This document shows positions 11,102-19,957 of a stretch of DNA of 64,000 nt, in pieces. The DNA is from Myxococcales bacterium (lineage in GTDB: Bacteria > Myxococcota_A > Polyangia > Nannocystales > Nannocystaceae), in NCBI GenBank assembly GCA_020633295.1, contig JACKDW010000006.1, forward strand, positions 206,181 through 270,180, given 5' to 3'. The first letter of the stretch is position 1. Each line of letters starts with the position of its first letter. The notes beneath the pieces are model-generated. The model was not told where the DNA came from and searched no databases. It worked only from the letters and a program-made list of their open reading frames with translations. The position numbers and the translations under genes are program-made.

Positions 11102-11545
11102 CTATCGCGCCCTCAGCACGCGTTGCAGCGCGCGCAGCTCGACGCGAATCACGTCCTGGGCCCCCCGGATCGCGGGCGCGTAGGGCGTGAGCGCCGAGCC
11201 GCCGACGCGGACCGCCGACTCGGCCTCGCGCAGGGTGGCGACGGCCTCGCGAACGCGACGCAGCTCGCCATAGGTCGAGAACACCGCCGCGCCCAGGTCC
11301 CGCGTCAGCCGCTCCCAGACCTCCCACGCGGCCTCGGGCGCGCCGTCGGCCCGCGTCCGCGTCCGCAGCAGATCGCGCTGCAGCGCGCTCGTCAAGAGCG
11401 CGCTCGCGGGCCCGCGCCAGGCGTCGTCGTCGAGGTTCGCCGACATCCAGGCGACGTACTTCCCGAGGTCGTGCTTCAGCGCGGCGACGCGCTCGCGCAG
11501 GACATCGAGCTCGATCCCGAGGTCAGCGGGTGTCACTTCGTCCAT
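11102..11545 (-). CDS. Hypothetical protein (147 aa)
   Basis: ORF with balanced composition, co-directional with and downstream of the 11615..12088 ORF and upstream of the sigma-54 activator. Confidence 0.4.
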   Translation of the reverse strand: MDEVTPADLGIELDVLRERVAALKHDLGKYVAWMSANLDDDAWRGPASALLTSALQRDLLRTRTRADGAPEAAWEVWERLTRDLGAAVFSTYGELRRVREAVATLREAESAVRVGGSALTPYAPAIRGAQDVIRVELRALQRVLRAR

Positions 11546-11614
11546 ACGGGAACCCCGTCGCCCTCCCGCGCGCGCGCGCCTCGGAGAGCCGTCCTGTCAC
11601 TACAACCAGATCGT

Positions 11615-12088
11615 TCACGCGGGCGCGTGGTAGCGAGTCGCGCGCGCGCGCCCCGAGCTCGCGATCTTCCCCATCTTCTTCATCCACGCGAGGTAGCCGC
11701 GAAGCTCCGCGACGTCGACCACGACCTGCTTCGCCAGCTGCCCGATCGTCAGCGGGCCCTGCTGGACGGCGACGAGGATGTCGCGATACAGGCGCGCCTC
11801 TCGGCTCTCGGTCGTCTCGCCGTCGCCCTCGCTGCGCGCGAGCGCGACGACCTTGCGTCGCGAGGAGCGGGCGCCCTCAGGCGGCGCTTCGCCGCCGAGC
11901 TGACCGAGCGCCTCGCGGAGCTCGTCGATCGTCAGCTCGCGGATCGACGCCCCCGCCTCGCTGTCGAGCAGCTCGCGGAGCTTGGTCGTCGGGGGCATCT
12001 TGGCGACCGTGTTGATGGCGGCCTTGCGTAACAGGTTGGCGCGGTTCTGCTGGAGCGCCGCCTCGATGAGCTGGGCGATCTCTGTCAT
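11615..12088 (-). CDS. Hypothetical protein (157 aa)
   Basis: ORF with plausible composition. First gene of the putative minus-strand operon. Start uncertain (no obvious RBS; internal Met at residue 31 is an alternative). Confidence 0.4.
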   Translation of the reverse strand: MTEIAQLIEAALQQNRANLLRKAAINTVAKMPPTTKLRELLDSEAGASIRELTIDELREALGQLGGEAPPEGARSSRRKVVALARSEGDGETTESREARLYRDILVAVQQGPLTIGQLAKQVVVDVAELRGYLAWMKKMGKIASSGRARATRYHAPA

Positions 12089-12228
12089 GATGGGACGATG
12101 CGTTTCTGGTGTATGACGGGGAGCGCGTACACGCGTGTCAGGGGGGGTCCGCCGCGTCGCGGTGGCACGAGCAGAGACGCCAGCGCGCGGCCGACGTCGC
12201 GTCCTCTAGGTCCGTAAACCAGGAAGAT

Positions 12229-12253
12229 ATGTGCAGACCCGAGGTCCGCACAT
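12229..12253 (-). terminator. Hairpin ATGTGCAGAC-CCGAG-GTCCGCACAT (9/10 bp stem) followed on the minus strand by a U-rich tract. Candidate terminator downstream of the Cys-rich protein gene.
   Basis: Read directly. Lies in the lower-GC intergenic region 12130-12420, which also contains a perfect TATAAT at 12269-12274 on the plus strand. Confidence 0.3.
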
Positions 12254-12424
12254 CTTGAATAGCACCTCTATAATCGTTCCACCATACCGAGTGTCCGTTG
12301 TCAATGCGGGCGCCCCACAATTCATCGCGCAGGCCGTCCCTATTGCACACGCACACGCGTGCGCCTCCGTGACCGCCACTCGCCGCGTGGCCGTGGTGTC
12401 AGTCCGTCGACGCGCCGCCGGTTG

Positions 12425-13138
12425 TCAATAGCAGGTCAAATATCCGATATCGATCGTCGGCGCCTGGCCGCACTGAAACCCGCAGTTTTCGCAGGGCAGC
12501 TCACCTTGGAGACCTACGCCCCACGTCGCCGCCCCCGACTCGCCGCCGAAGAACAGCCACTCGCCGGCGTAGCAGTCGACGAGCTCATAGGTGTCGACGC
12601 CGTCGCCGGCGGTTTGAAACGCGCTCTCGGGCCCCGGCCACACCCAGGAGTTGTCCTCGGACCAGAGCCGCCACTGGATGTCGAGCCCGTCGTAGCAGTC
12701 GTCGGTGAGCAGGAACTCCTGGAGGATCGTGCGGTTGCAGACCTCAGCCGCCTCGTCCTCGCCGCCCGGGCAGTCGGCCTCGCCGTCGCAGACGCGGTCC
12801 TCCGGCAGGCAGTCAGCGCCGGGGCAGACCGCGACGTGACCGACGTCGCAGTAGCACGCGTTGTCCGAGCAATGGGCGTTGACGCCACACGACGGCTCGC
12901 ACGCGCTGCCGTCGGCCGCTGGCGCGGTCGGCTGACAGCCCCTGTCATTGTAGGGATTGCCGGAGTAGCCCTCGTCACAGAAACAGACACCAGCCTCGCA
13001 GCCGCCGTCGGCGCTGCAGGTGACGCCGGCGCACGGATCGCCATCCTCCACGTCCTCGACATAGATGACGCATCCGAGCGCCATCCCGATCACGCCGAGC
13101 GCGAGGCATGCCCCGGCCGTCCGCAGAAATCGATCCAT
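12425..13138 (-). CDS. Secreted cysteine-rich protein with EGF-like / LDL-receptor class A-like modules
   Basis: Start at the internal Met (MDRFLRTAGACLALGVIGMALGCVIY signal/lipobox) of ORF 12425..13345. ~30 Cys. Motifs CDGEADCPGGEDE (LDLa-like) and CxCDxGYxG (EGF-like). Confidence 0.55.
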   Translation of the reverse strand: MDRFLRTAGACLALGVIGMALGCVIYVEDVEDGDPCAGVTCSADGGCEAGVCFCDEGYSGNPYNDRGCQPTAPAADGSACEPSCGVNAHCSDNACYCDVGHVAVCPGADCLPEDRVCDGEADCPGGEDEAAEVCNRTILQEFLLTDDCYDGLDIQWRLWSEDNSWVWPGPESAFQTAGDGVDTYELVDCYAGEWLFFGGESGAATWGVGLQGELPCENCGFQCGQAPTIDIGYLTCY

Positions 13139-13437
13139 TCGTCCATCAGTGTAGCGCGTTTTTTGATGGCGCAGGGCGAAGTCCGTGATCTCCACCATCA
13201 CGCGCGAGCACGTCGTTCTCGGCCCGCGCAGCGCGCGCCGGCGCGGCCCCGGGCGCGCGGCGACCGTGACACCGGCAGATGGCGAGGACGGGCCGCGCGC
13301 GTCTGCCAGCGATGGCACATTGCGCGGGCTCCGCGTGAAACACACGACATGTCTGTAATGACAGGTAATGGCATTCCGCCGTCGCCGACGCTCGGGCGCC
13401 GCGAGCGATTTTCAACGGCCTGCTACTCTCCGCGGCC

Positions 13438-14775
13438 ATGACGTCCCTGCGCGACCGAGACGCCCGCGTCCTCTGGCACCCCGCGACGCACTTCCGCGAT
13501 CTCGAGCGGCTGCCGCCGATCCCGGTCGAGCGCGCCCGTGGGAGCTGGCTCTTCGACCACGAGGGGAACGCGATCCTCGACGGCATCTCGTCGTGGTGGA
13601 CGAGCGTGCACGGGCACGGGCACCCGCGGATCGTCGAGGCGATCCGCGCGCAGGTCGAGCGCCTCGACCACGTCATGTTCGCGGGCTTCACCCACGAGCC
13701 CGCGGTCGCGCTCGCGGAGTCGCTCATCCGGCGCGCGCCGCCCGGCTACGGCAAGGTGTTCTTCGCCGACTGCGGCTCGGCGGCCGTCGAGGTCGCGCTG
13801 AAGATGAGCTTTCAATATCACCAGCAGACCGGGCAGACCCGGCGCACGCGCTTCGCCACGCTGCGCAACAGCTACCACGGCGAGACCATGGGCGCGCTCG
13901 CGGTGTGCGGCTCGGACGCCTACCGCGACGCCTTCGCGCCGCTGCTGATGGACGTGCTCGAGCTCCCCGCGCCGGCGCTCGACCGCCACGAGCACGCGGA
14001 CCTGCGCCGCGACGTCGGCGCGGACTCGCCGGAGGCCGACGCGGCGGTGGCCCTGCTCGAGCGTCATCAGCACGAGCTCGCCGCGCTGGTGATCGAGCCG
14101 CTGATTCAGTGCGCCGGGCGCATGACGATGACCGGCGCGGGCTTCTACCGTCGCCTCACCCTGGCCGCGCAGCGCCTCGGCGTGCACGTGATCAGCGACG
14201 AGATCGCGGTCGGCTTCGGGCGCACGGGGCGGCTGCTCGCGAGCGAGTGGGCCGGGGTCACGCCCGACCTGCTGTGCCTGAGCAAGGGGCTCTCGGGCGG
14301 CGTGCTGCCGCTCGCGTGCGTGCTGATCCGCGAGGGCTTCGAAGCCGCGTTCTCGGGCGCGCCGGCGCGGAGCTTCATGCACAGCCACACCTTCACCGCC
14401 AACCCGGTCGCGTGCGCCGCCGGCCTCGCGAGCCTCGAGCTGTTCGATGAGACTCGTCTGCTCGCGCGCCTCGACGGCCGGATCGAGGCGGTCGCGCGCC
14501 GACGCCACGCGGTCGCGGAGGGCTGCACGCGGGTCCGTCACCACCGCCAGCTGGGCATGATCGCGGCCTTCGAGGTGCGCGACGACGACGCCGCGCCGCG
14601 CGTGCGAGGCGGTCGGCTCGGACTCGCGCTCCGCGAGGCCGCGCTCGCGCGCGGGGTGCTTCTCAGGCCGCTCCACGATACGATCTACTGGATGCCGCCG
14701 CTGACGATCTCGGACGAGGAGCTCGATCGTCTGGCCGCGGTCACGCGCGACGCGATCGAGGCGGTCCTGGGATGA
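13438..14775 (+). CDS. bioA: Adenosylmethionine-8-amino-7-oxononanoate aminotransferase (DAPA aminotransferase)
   Basis: N-terminal RVLWHPATHF...PIPVERARGSWLFD and SWWTSVHGHGHP are typical BioA. PLP-lysine region LSKGLSGG. 445 aa. Confidence 0.9.
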   Translation: MTSLRDRDARVLWHPATHFRDLERLPPIPVERARGSWLFDHEGNAILDGISSWWTSVHGHGHPRIVEAIRAQVERLDHVMFAGFTHEPAVALAESLIRRAPPGYGKVFFADCGSAAVEVALKMSFQYHQQTGQTRRTRFATLRNSYHGETMGALAVCGSDAYRDAFAPLLMDVLELPAPALDRHEHADLRRDVGADSPEADAAVALLERHQHELAALVIEPLIQCAGRMTMTGAGFYRRLTLAAQRLGVHVISDEIAVGFGRTGRLLASEWAGVTPDLLCLSKGLSGGVLPLACVLIREGFEAAFSGAPARSFMHSHTFTANPVACAAGLASLELFDETRLLARLDGRIEAVARRRHAVAEGCTRVRHHRQLGMIAAFEVRDDDAAPRVRGGRLGLALREAALARGVLLRPLHDTIYWMPPLTISDEELDRLAAVTRDAIEAVLG

Positions 14776-16136
14776 GCCCACGCGCCGCGCGCCTGGCCGC
14801 GCTCGCGCTGCTCGCGACGGGCTGCGCGCGCGATCCGGCGGCCGAGGTGCGCATCGATCTGGCGAGCCCCTGTGAGACGCTCGCCCCCCGGGTCGTCGAC
14901 GCGCGGATCATGTCGGAGCGCACGCCGCTCGCGCTCGTCGGAGACCAGGCGGCGCCGAGCCCCGAGGAGCGCGGCTGGCTGCTGACGCTCGGCCCGGACG
15001 GTCGCGCGCTGGAGCGCCTCGGCGAGGCGCTCGCGCCGATCGAGCTGGAGCCGCCGCTCGCAACACACACCTGGCTTCGACCGGGCGCGCGGCCCGGCGA
15101 GGCCTGGGTGCTGATCTTCGATCCGAGTCACCGCGCGATCTGGCGGATCGACCCGAGCGGCGAGATCGTCAAGGGCGAGCCCCAGGATCCGTTCCCGCCC
15201 GGACCCTACGACGACTACGCGCGCGCGCTCGTGTTCATCGACACCCTGCCCTTCGTCGTCGCGGTGCGCGCCGCGAGCGAGGGGCCGGAGCTCGACGCCT
15301 GGCTCGCGCCCATCGACGCCGAGCTCGCGCTCGGCGACCCGTGGCACTTTCAGTTCACCACCGGCTGCGGCGCGGACCCGCAGGTCTGCGAGCTGCGCTA
15401 CCTCTCGCGCGTGCGCCTGCTCGACGTCGCCGCGCCGCGCGGGCGCGACCCAGGGCACGTGCTGCTCGGGATCCGCGAGGATGTCTCGGAGGACATCGGT
15501 GAGTACAACCCGCGGACCCTGTACGCGGCAACGCTGAGCTTCTCGCTCGCCGACACCACGCACGAGCCGATCGCGGTGCTGCGCACGAACTACCCGCTGC
15601 TCGGCTGGGAGTTCTCGGCGGAGTACAACGCGCTGATCCAGCCCGCCGAGCTCGCGGTCGACGACACGGGCTTCTACATCCTCGCGGGCCTCGAGCTCGT
15701 CGACCTCGAGACGCCGACGGGCGAGGAGCTCGATCGCCAGGTCGTGCGCCACAGCGTCGTCTCGGGCATCAGCGTGCGCTTCGGCGCGCTGCCGGCCGAG
15801 TACGCGCCGCACCTCCTGCAGGGGGCGAGCGCGGCGGCGCTCGGGTGGTTTGAGGACGATCAGTGGATCAACGTGCCGATGCGCGAGTCGGACTTCGAGC
15901 TCGAGCGCGCGCGCGCGCTGCCGCTCGAGCCGTCCGCGTCGCGCGTGCTCGGCCCTGGCGGACACGGGCACTACCTCCTGCGGCTCGACGGCGACGAGGT
16001 CGCCCGCGTCGCCGCCTCCTGCGACGTCGACGTCGAGCAGGACGTCGACCTCCGCGCGGCGACGGTGGAGCTGCCCGCGCTCACGCGGCCGCGGCTGGAG
16101 GCCGCCGTCGTCGAGCTGCGCGCGCGGGGCCGCTGA
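14772..16136 (+). CDS. Hypothetical lipoprotein (454 aa), translationally coupled to bioA (ATGA overlap)
   Basis: Signal/lipobox MSPRAARLAALALLATGCARD. No recognisable domain. Confidence 0.5.
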   Translation: MSPRAARLAALALLATGCARDPAAEVRIDLASPCETLAPRVVDARIMSERTPLALVGDQAAPSPEERGWLLTLGPDGRALERLGEALAPIELEPPLATHTWLRPGARPGEAWVLIFDPSHRAIWRIDPSGEIVKGEPQDPFPPGPYDDYARALVFIDTLPFVVAVRAASEGPELDAWLAPIDAELALGDPWHFQFTTGCGADPQVCELRYLSRVRLLDVAAPRGRDPGHVLLGIREDVSEDIGEYNPRTLYAATLSFSLADTTHEPIAVLRTNYPLLGWEFSAEYNALIQPAELAVDDTGFYILAGLELVDLETPTGEELDRQVVRHSVVSGISVRFGALPAEYAPHLLQGASAAALGWFEDDQWINVPMRESDFELERARALPLEPSASRVLGPGGHGHYLLRLDGDEVARVAASCDVDVEQDVDLRAATVELPALTRPRLEAAVVELRARGR

Positions 16137-16201
16137 GCTTCGCGGTGCTCACCGCGGCTGCGCGCTTCGTCGCGGAACGACTCGATGTTCGAAACGCGCG
16201 C

Positions 16202-16230
16202 GCCGTCGATCCATGTGCTGGATCGACGGC
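16202..16230. terminator. Perfect 12-bp stem hairpin (GCCGTCGATCCA-tgtgc-TGGATCGACGGC) between convergent genes. Candidate bidirectional terminator, no U-tract.
   Basis: Read directly. Sits in the 150-bp gap between the 3' ends of 14772..16136(+) and 16290..17153(-). Confidence 0.4.
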
Positions 16231-16289
16231 GCGGCGCGGGCGTGGACGGCCCGAGACCGCCTCCACCGCGCGGCCTGGACCGCGCGCGG

Positions 16290-17153
16290 CTACGTGCCCG
16301 GCTTGAACAGCACCGAGGTCGGGACCGGCGTCGACGCGGCGCCGCCGTCACGATTCCAGCTGAACAGCACCTTCACGCCCAGGGACGATTGGTAGAAGTA
16401 GTCGATCTCGATGCCGTACTCGCCGGCGGCCATGTAGACGGGCTCACACTTCTCGGTGGGCGCCGTGTGGTTGCCGTCGTTGTCGACGACCAGCGTCTCG
16501 TCGAGCAGCACGCGCGAGCCGGCCATGCTGTTGAGGCAGAGCGTGTACTCGCCCTCCTCGACGATGTTGAGCGATCCGACGAACTGCATGCCGATGGTCT
16601 CGCCGGAGACGCTGACGCCCGGGAACGCGCCGCGGGCCTCGTAGTTGAGCTCGCGGATCGGCACGGTGGCCGCCGGAGCGCCGAGCGTGGCGAAGTCGGG
16701 GAGGCTCTCGGTGCCAGCCGGGAGCGCGAAGACGTTGGCGAGGAGGCCGTTCGGATCCGCGGTCGGGTCGGGCTGGGTCGTGCCCCCGCCCTTGCTGGGG
16801 ATCTTCAGGCCGCCGGTGCCGAGCTTGACGCCGGGCTTGCGGTTCGGCGAGACCGTGTTGCCGCCGCCGCCGCCGCCGCCGTCACCGCGGGGTGGAGCCT
16901 TGGCCTGGAGCCGCTGGACGCCCTCGCGCGATCCGAGACCGCGGGTCGAGGTCCCAGAGCGCGGCTTGCGTCCGCTCGTCGCGGAGTCGCCCGCGCCGTC
17001 GCCCGCAGCACCCGCGCCAGCGTCGCCTGGGTTCGCGACGTCGTACTGAACGTTTCCGGCGTCAGGGTTGTTCGGGTTCGAATTGGCCGATGAGGTCGCG
17101 CAGCCGGTAACGAGCCCGAGGCTGACGAGCAAAACATGGTGCGTACGAATCAT
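16290..17153 (-). CDS. Lipoprotein with C-terminal PA14-like domain
   Basis: Signal/lipobox LLVSLGLVTGCATSS. Gly/Pro-rich linker. C-terminal region (GETIGMQFVGSLNIVEEGEYTL...IEIDYFYQSSLGVKVLFSW) matches the PA14 beta-barrel pattern. Confidence 0.6.
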   Translation of the reverse strand: MIRTHHVLLVSLGLVTGCATSSANSNPNNPDAGNVQYDVANPGDAGAGAAGDGAGDSATSGRKPRSGTSTRGLGSREGVQRLQAKAPPRGDGGGGGGGNTVSPNRKPGVKLGTGGLKIPSKGGGTTQPDPTADPNGLLANVFALPAGTESLPDFATLGAPAATVPIRELNYEARGAFPGVSVSGETIGMQFVGSLNIVEEGEYTLCLNSMAGSRVLLDETLVVDNDGNHTAPTEKCEPVYMAAGEYGIEIDYFYQSSLGVKVLFSWNRDGGAASTPVPTSVLFKPGT

Positions 17154-17493
17154 TGTGGATTCCTCTTGGGTGGAGATAGGCGTCGAACTTCTGACGACGC
17201 CAGCACGAGTCGGATTCAGGGCAGGTCGGCCTACACCTTTTCCCCGACCGCAGTTCGCTCACAGCGCGAGCCCGAATTAGAGCCAAGTGTACGCTGTGGC
17301 CGGCAGGAATGTCCTGCGGCCGCGCGGTTTTATCCAAGATCAGCGACCCGCAGCAATGCTTGCGCGCGATGGGTAGCACGCGGCCGTCGCGTCGGGTATC
17401 CAAGAGCATCGTGCGATCCCCGTACGCACAGGACGCAGGGCTCGAGTTCGCGCGCAGCGCCGCGGATCACGGGCGCGGGCGCGGAGGTCGCGG

Positions 17494-19128
17494 GTGACTC
17501 AGCTGCTGGCCTTCCTGCTCCTGATCGGCCCGCTGATCTTTATCCACGAGCTCGGCCACCTGCTCGCGGCCAAGCTCGTCGGCGTCAAGGTCCTGAGCTT
17601 CTCGCTCGGCTTCGGCCCGGCGCTGCTCAAGCTCCGGCTCGGCGAGACCGAGTACCGGCTCGCCCCCATCCCGCTCGGCGGCTACGTCTCGCTGCTCGGG
17701 CCGACGCCCGCCGATGACGTGCCCCCGCATGAGGAGAGCCGCGCGCTGCGGTCGAAGCCGCTGTGGGCCCGCTACCTCGTGCTGTTCGCGGGGCCGCTGT
17801 TCAACCTGCTGCTGCCGATCCTGCTCTACGGCGCGTTCTTCCTCGGGCACACCGAGGTCGACCCGCCGATCATCGGCACGATCCTCGATCAGTCGGCGGC
17901 GCAGGAGTTCGGCCTCGAGCCGGGCGACCGCGTGCTCGCGGTCAACGACGACGACCTCCACGCCTGGCGCGACCTCCAGGATCACGTCCGCCGCGCGCCC
18001 GGCCAGGAGCTGCACTTCGAGATCGAGCGCGACGGGGAGCGCATCGATCGCTACATCTCGCCGCGCCGCACGGTCGTGAAGACGGCGCTGGGCGAGTCGA
18101 TCCCGCGCGGGCAGCTCGGCGTGTTCCCCTGGTCGTACGCGCCGCAGATCGGGCTCAGCGAGCTCGACTGCCCGGCCTACGAGAGCGGCCTGCGGACGGG
18201 CGACATCATCACCTCGATCAACGGCGAGCCGATCGAGACCATCGAGCAGCTGGTGCGCGAGCTCGCGTCGAACGAGGACGCGTCGGTCCGCCTGACCTAC
18301 CTGCGCGCGCGCTCGACCGCGGACGAGCTGGCGACCTACCTCTGGTACGAGTCGAGGCACACGCGCCTGCTGCCGCGCAAGGACGCCTCGGCGATCACGG
18401 GCATCGTGCCCGCCAACACCTTCATCCGCACGGTCGCGCCGGACTCGCCGGCGGCCGCGGTCGGGCTGCTGCCGGGCGACCGCGTGCTCGCGATCGACGG
18501 GCTCGAGATCACGCGCTGGGAGACGCTCGCGCTCGCGCTCGACCGCAAGGGCGAGGAGCCGGTGAGCCTGCGCGTGCAGACGCCCGGCGAGCCGCCGCGC
18601 GCGGTCACGATCAAGCAGGAGACGCGCACCTATCGCGACGTGTACCGCCAGGACCGCGAGTACCTGTGGTTCGGCGCGGAGCCCTACCAGAGCCGGCAGC
18701 TGCCGGAGCCCGAACCGATCCGCGGGCGCTTCACCTACGCGGCGCGCTCGGCCGTGCTCGAGACGCTGTCGATGCTCGAGATGATGTGGACGAGCCTGCG
18801 GCAGATGGTGATGCTCGAGCGTGGGGTCGACGAGCTCAGCTCGGTCGTCGGCATCTTCAACGTCGCCGGCACGGCCGCGCAGCGCGGCCCCGGCGAGTTC
18901 CTGCTGCTGATGGCGCTGATCAGCATCAACCTCGGCTTCGTGAACCTCCTGCCGATCCCGATCCTCGACGGCGGGCACCTGATGTTCTTCACGATCGAGG
19001 CGGTGCGCCGGCGCCCGCTCGGGCAGCGCGCGCGCGAGCTCGCCAGCGCGATCGGGCTCGTGATCATCCTGCTGCTGCTGCTGATCGCGCTCCGCAACGA
19101 CGTGATCCGCTTCTGGCTCGACCCCTGA
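17494..19128 (+). CDS. rseP: RIP (site-2) zinc metalloprotease RseP with PDZ domains
   Basis: HELGHLLAAK (HExxH) in TM1, PDZ domains, C-terminal LDG motif (PIPILDGGH). GTG start preceded by GGAGG. Confidence 0.9.
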   Translation: MTQLLAFLLLIGPLIFIHELGHLLAAKLVGVKVLSFSLGFGPALLKLRLGETEYRLAPIPLGGYVSLLGPTPADDVPPHEESRALRSKPLWARYLVLFAGPLFNLLLPILLYGAFFLGHTEVDPPIIGTILDQSAAQEFGLEPGDRVLAVNDDDLHAWRDLQDHVRRAPGQELHFEIERDGERIDRYISPRRTVVKTALGESIPRGQLGVFPWSYAPQIGLSELDCPAYESGLRTGDIITSINGEPIETIEQLVRELASNEDASVRLTYLRARSTADELATYLWYESRHTRLLPRKDASAITGIVPANTFIRTVAPDSPAAAVGLLPGDRVLAIDGLEITRWETLALALDRKGEEPVSLRVQTPGEPPRAVTIKQETRTYRDVYRQDREYLWFGAEPYQSRQLPEPEPIRGRFTYAARSAVLETLSMLEMMWTSLRQMVMLERGVDELSSVVGIFNVAGTAAQRGPGEFLLLMALISINLGFVNLLPIPILDGGHLMFFTIEAVRRRPLGQRARELASAIGLVIILLLLLIALRNDVIRFWLDP

Positions 19129-19143
19129 GGCCGGGCGCGCCCT

Positions 19144-19938
19144 GTGCACAACATGACCCAAGAGACCTCTACTAGCGGGTGGCTGCTCGCGCTCGACACC
19201 TCCACGCCGCGCTCGGCGCTCGCGCTCGGCCGCGTCGGCGCGCCGGAGGAGACGGTGCTCCTCGACGTCGACGAGGCGCGCGCGAACCAGGCGTCCTCCC
19301 AGCTCACGCCGCGGATCGAGGCGCTGGCGGAGCGCGCCGGGATCGCGCTGCGCGAGCTCTCGGCGATCGCGTGCGGGCGCGGCCCGGGGACCTTCACCGG
19401 CAGCCGCGTCGCGGTCGCCACGGCCAAGGGCCTCGCGCTCGCGCGCGGCTGCCCGGTGTACGCCGTGAGCACGCTCGCCGCGCTGGCGTCGTCGGCCCCG
19501 CCCGAGGTCGAGGGCCTCACGCTCGCGCTGCTCGACGCGCGCCGCGGCGAGGTCTACAGCGCCGCGTTTCACCGCGCGCCGCTGGGGCGCCCGCGCACGG
19601 AGTCGCTCTCGCGCGCGCTCTCGTGGCGTTCGCAGGAGCGCTGCGGGCCGCTGCGAGATGTCCTCGAGGTCTACCTCGACAGCGGCGACCCCCTGCCCTG
19701 GATCGTCGGCCCCGGCGCGCGCGCGCACCACGAGCAGATCCCCGAGCGCGCGCGGGGCCACGTGCGCGACGACGTCGTGCTGACGCCGGCCGGGCTGTGG
19801 CGCGCGGCCGTCGACGCGCGCCGCAACGACGCCCCGGTCGCGCTCGAGAGCTTCGACGCCGAGTACCTGCGGGTGAGCTACGCGGAGATGGGGATCAACA
19901 CGCCGAAGCGACCCGTGACGCGCTCACCCTACGTGTGA
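19144..19938 (+). CDS. tsaB: tRNA threonylcarbamoyladenosine (t6A) biosynthesis protein TsaB (inactive Kae1/YeaZ paralog)
   Basis: LLALDTSTPRSALAL N-terminal motif. ~260 aa, YeaZ-like. Start could be 19153. Confidence 0.75.
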   Translation: MHNMTQETSTSGWLLALDTSTPRSALALGRVGAPEETVLLDVDEARANQASSQLTPRIEALAERAGIALRELSAIACGRGPGTFTGSRVAVATAKGLALARGCPVYAVSTLAALASSAPPEVEGLTLALLDARRGEVYSAAFHRAPLGRPRTESLSRALSWRSQERCGPLRDVLEVYLDSGDPLPWIVGPGARAHHEQIPERARGHVRDDVVLTPAGLWRAAVDARRNDAPVALESFDAEYLRVSYAEMGINTPKRPVTRSPYV

Positions 19939-19957
19939 GCGCGCCGCGACGCGCGTG

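Noticed and set aside
12161-12176. TGGCAC hexamers (also at 13472) as possible sigma-54 promoters
   Set aside because: No TTGC element at the required +10/11 spacing. The 13472 site is inside bioA.
17075-17095. GGTTCGAATTGG resembling a tRNA T-arm
   Set aside because: No matching acceptor/anticodon structure around it, and it lies inside the PA14 lipoprotein CDS.
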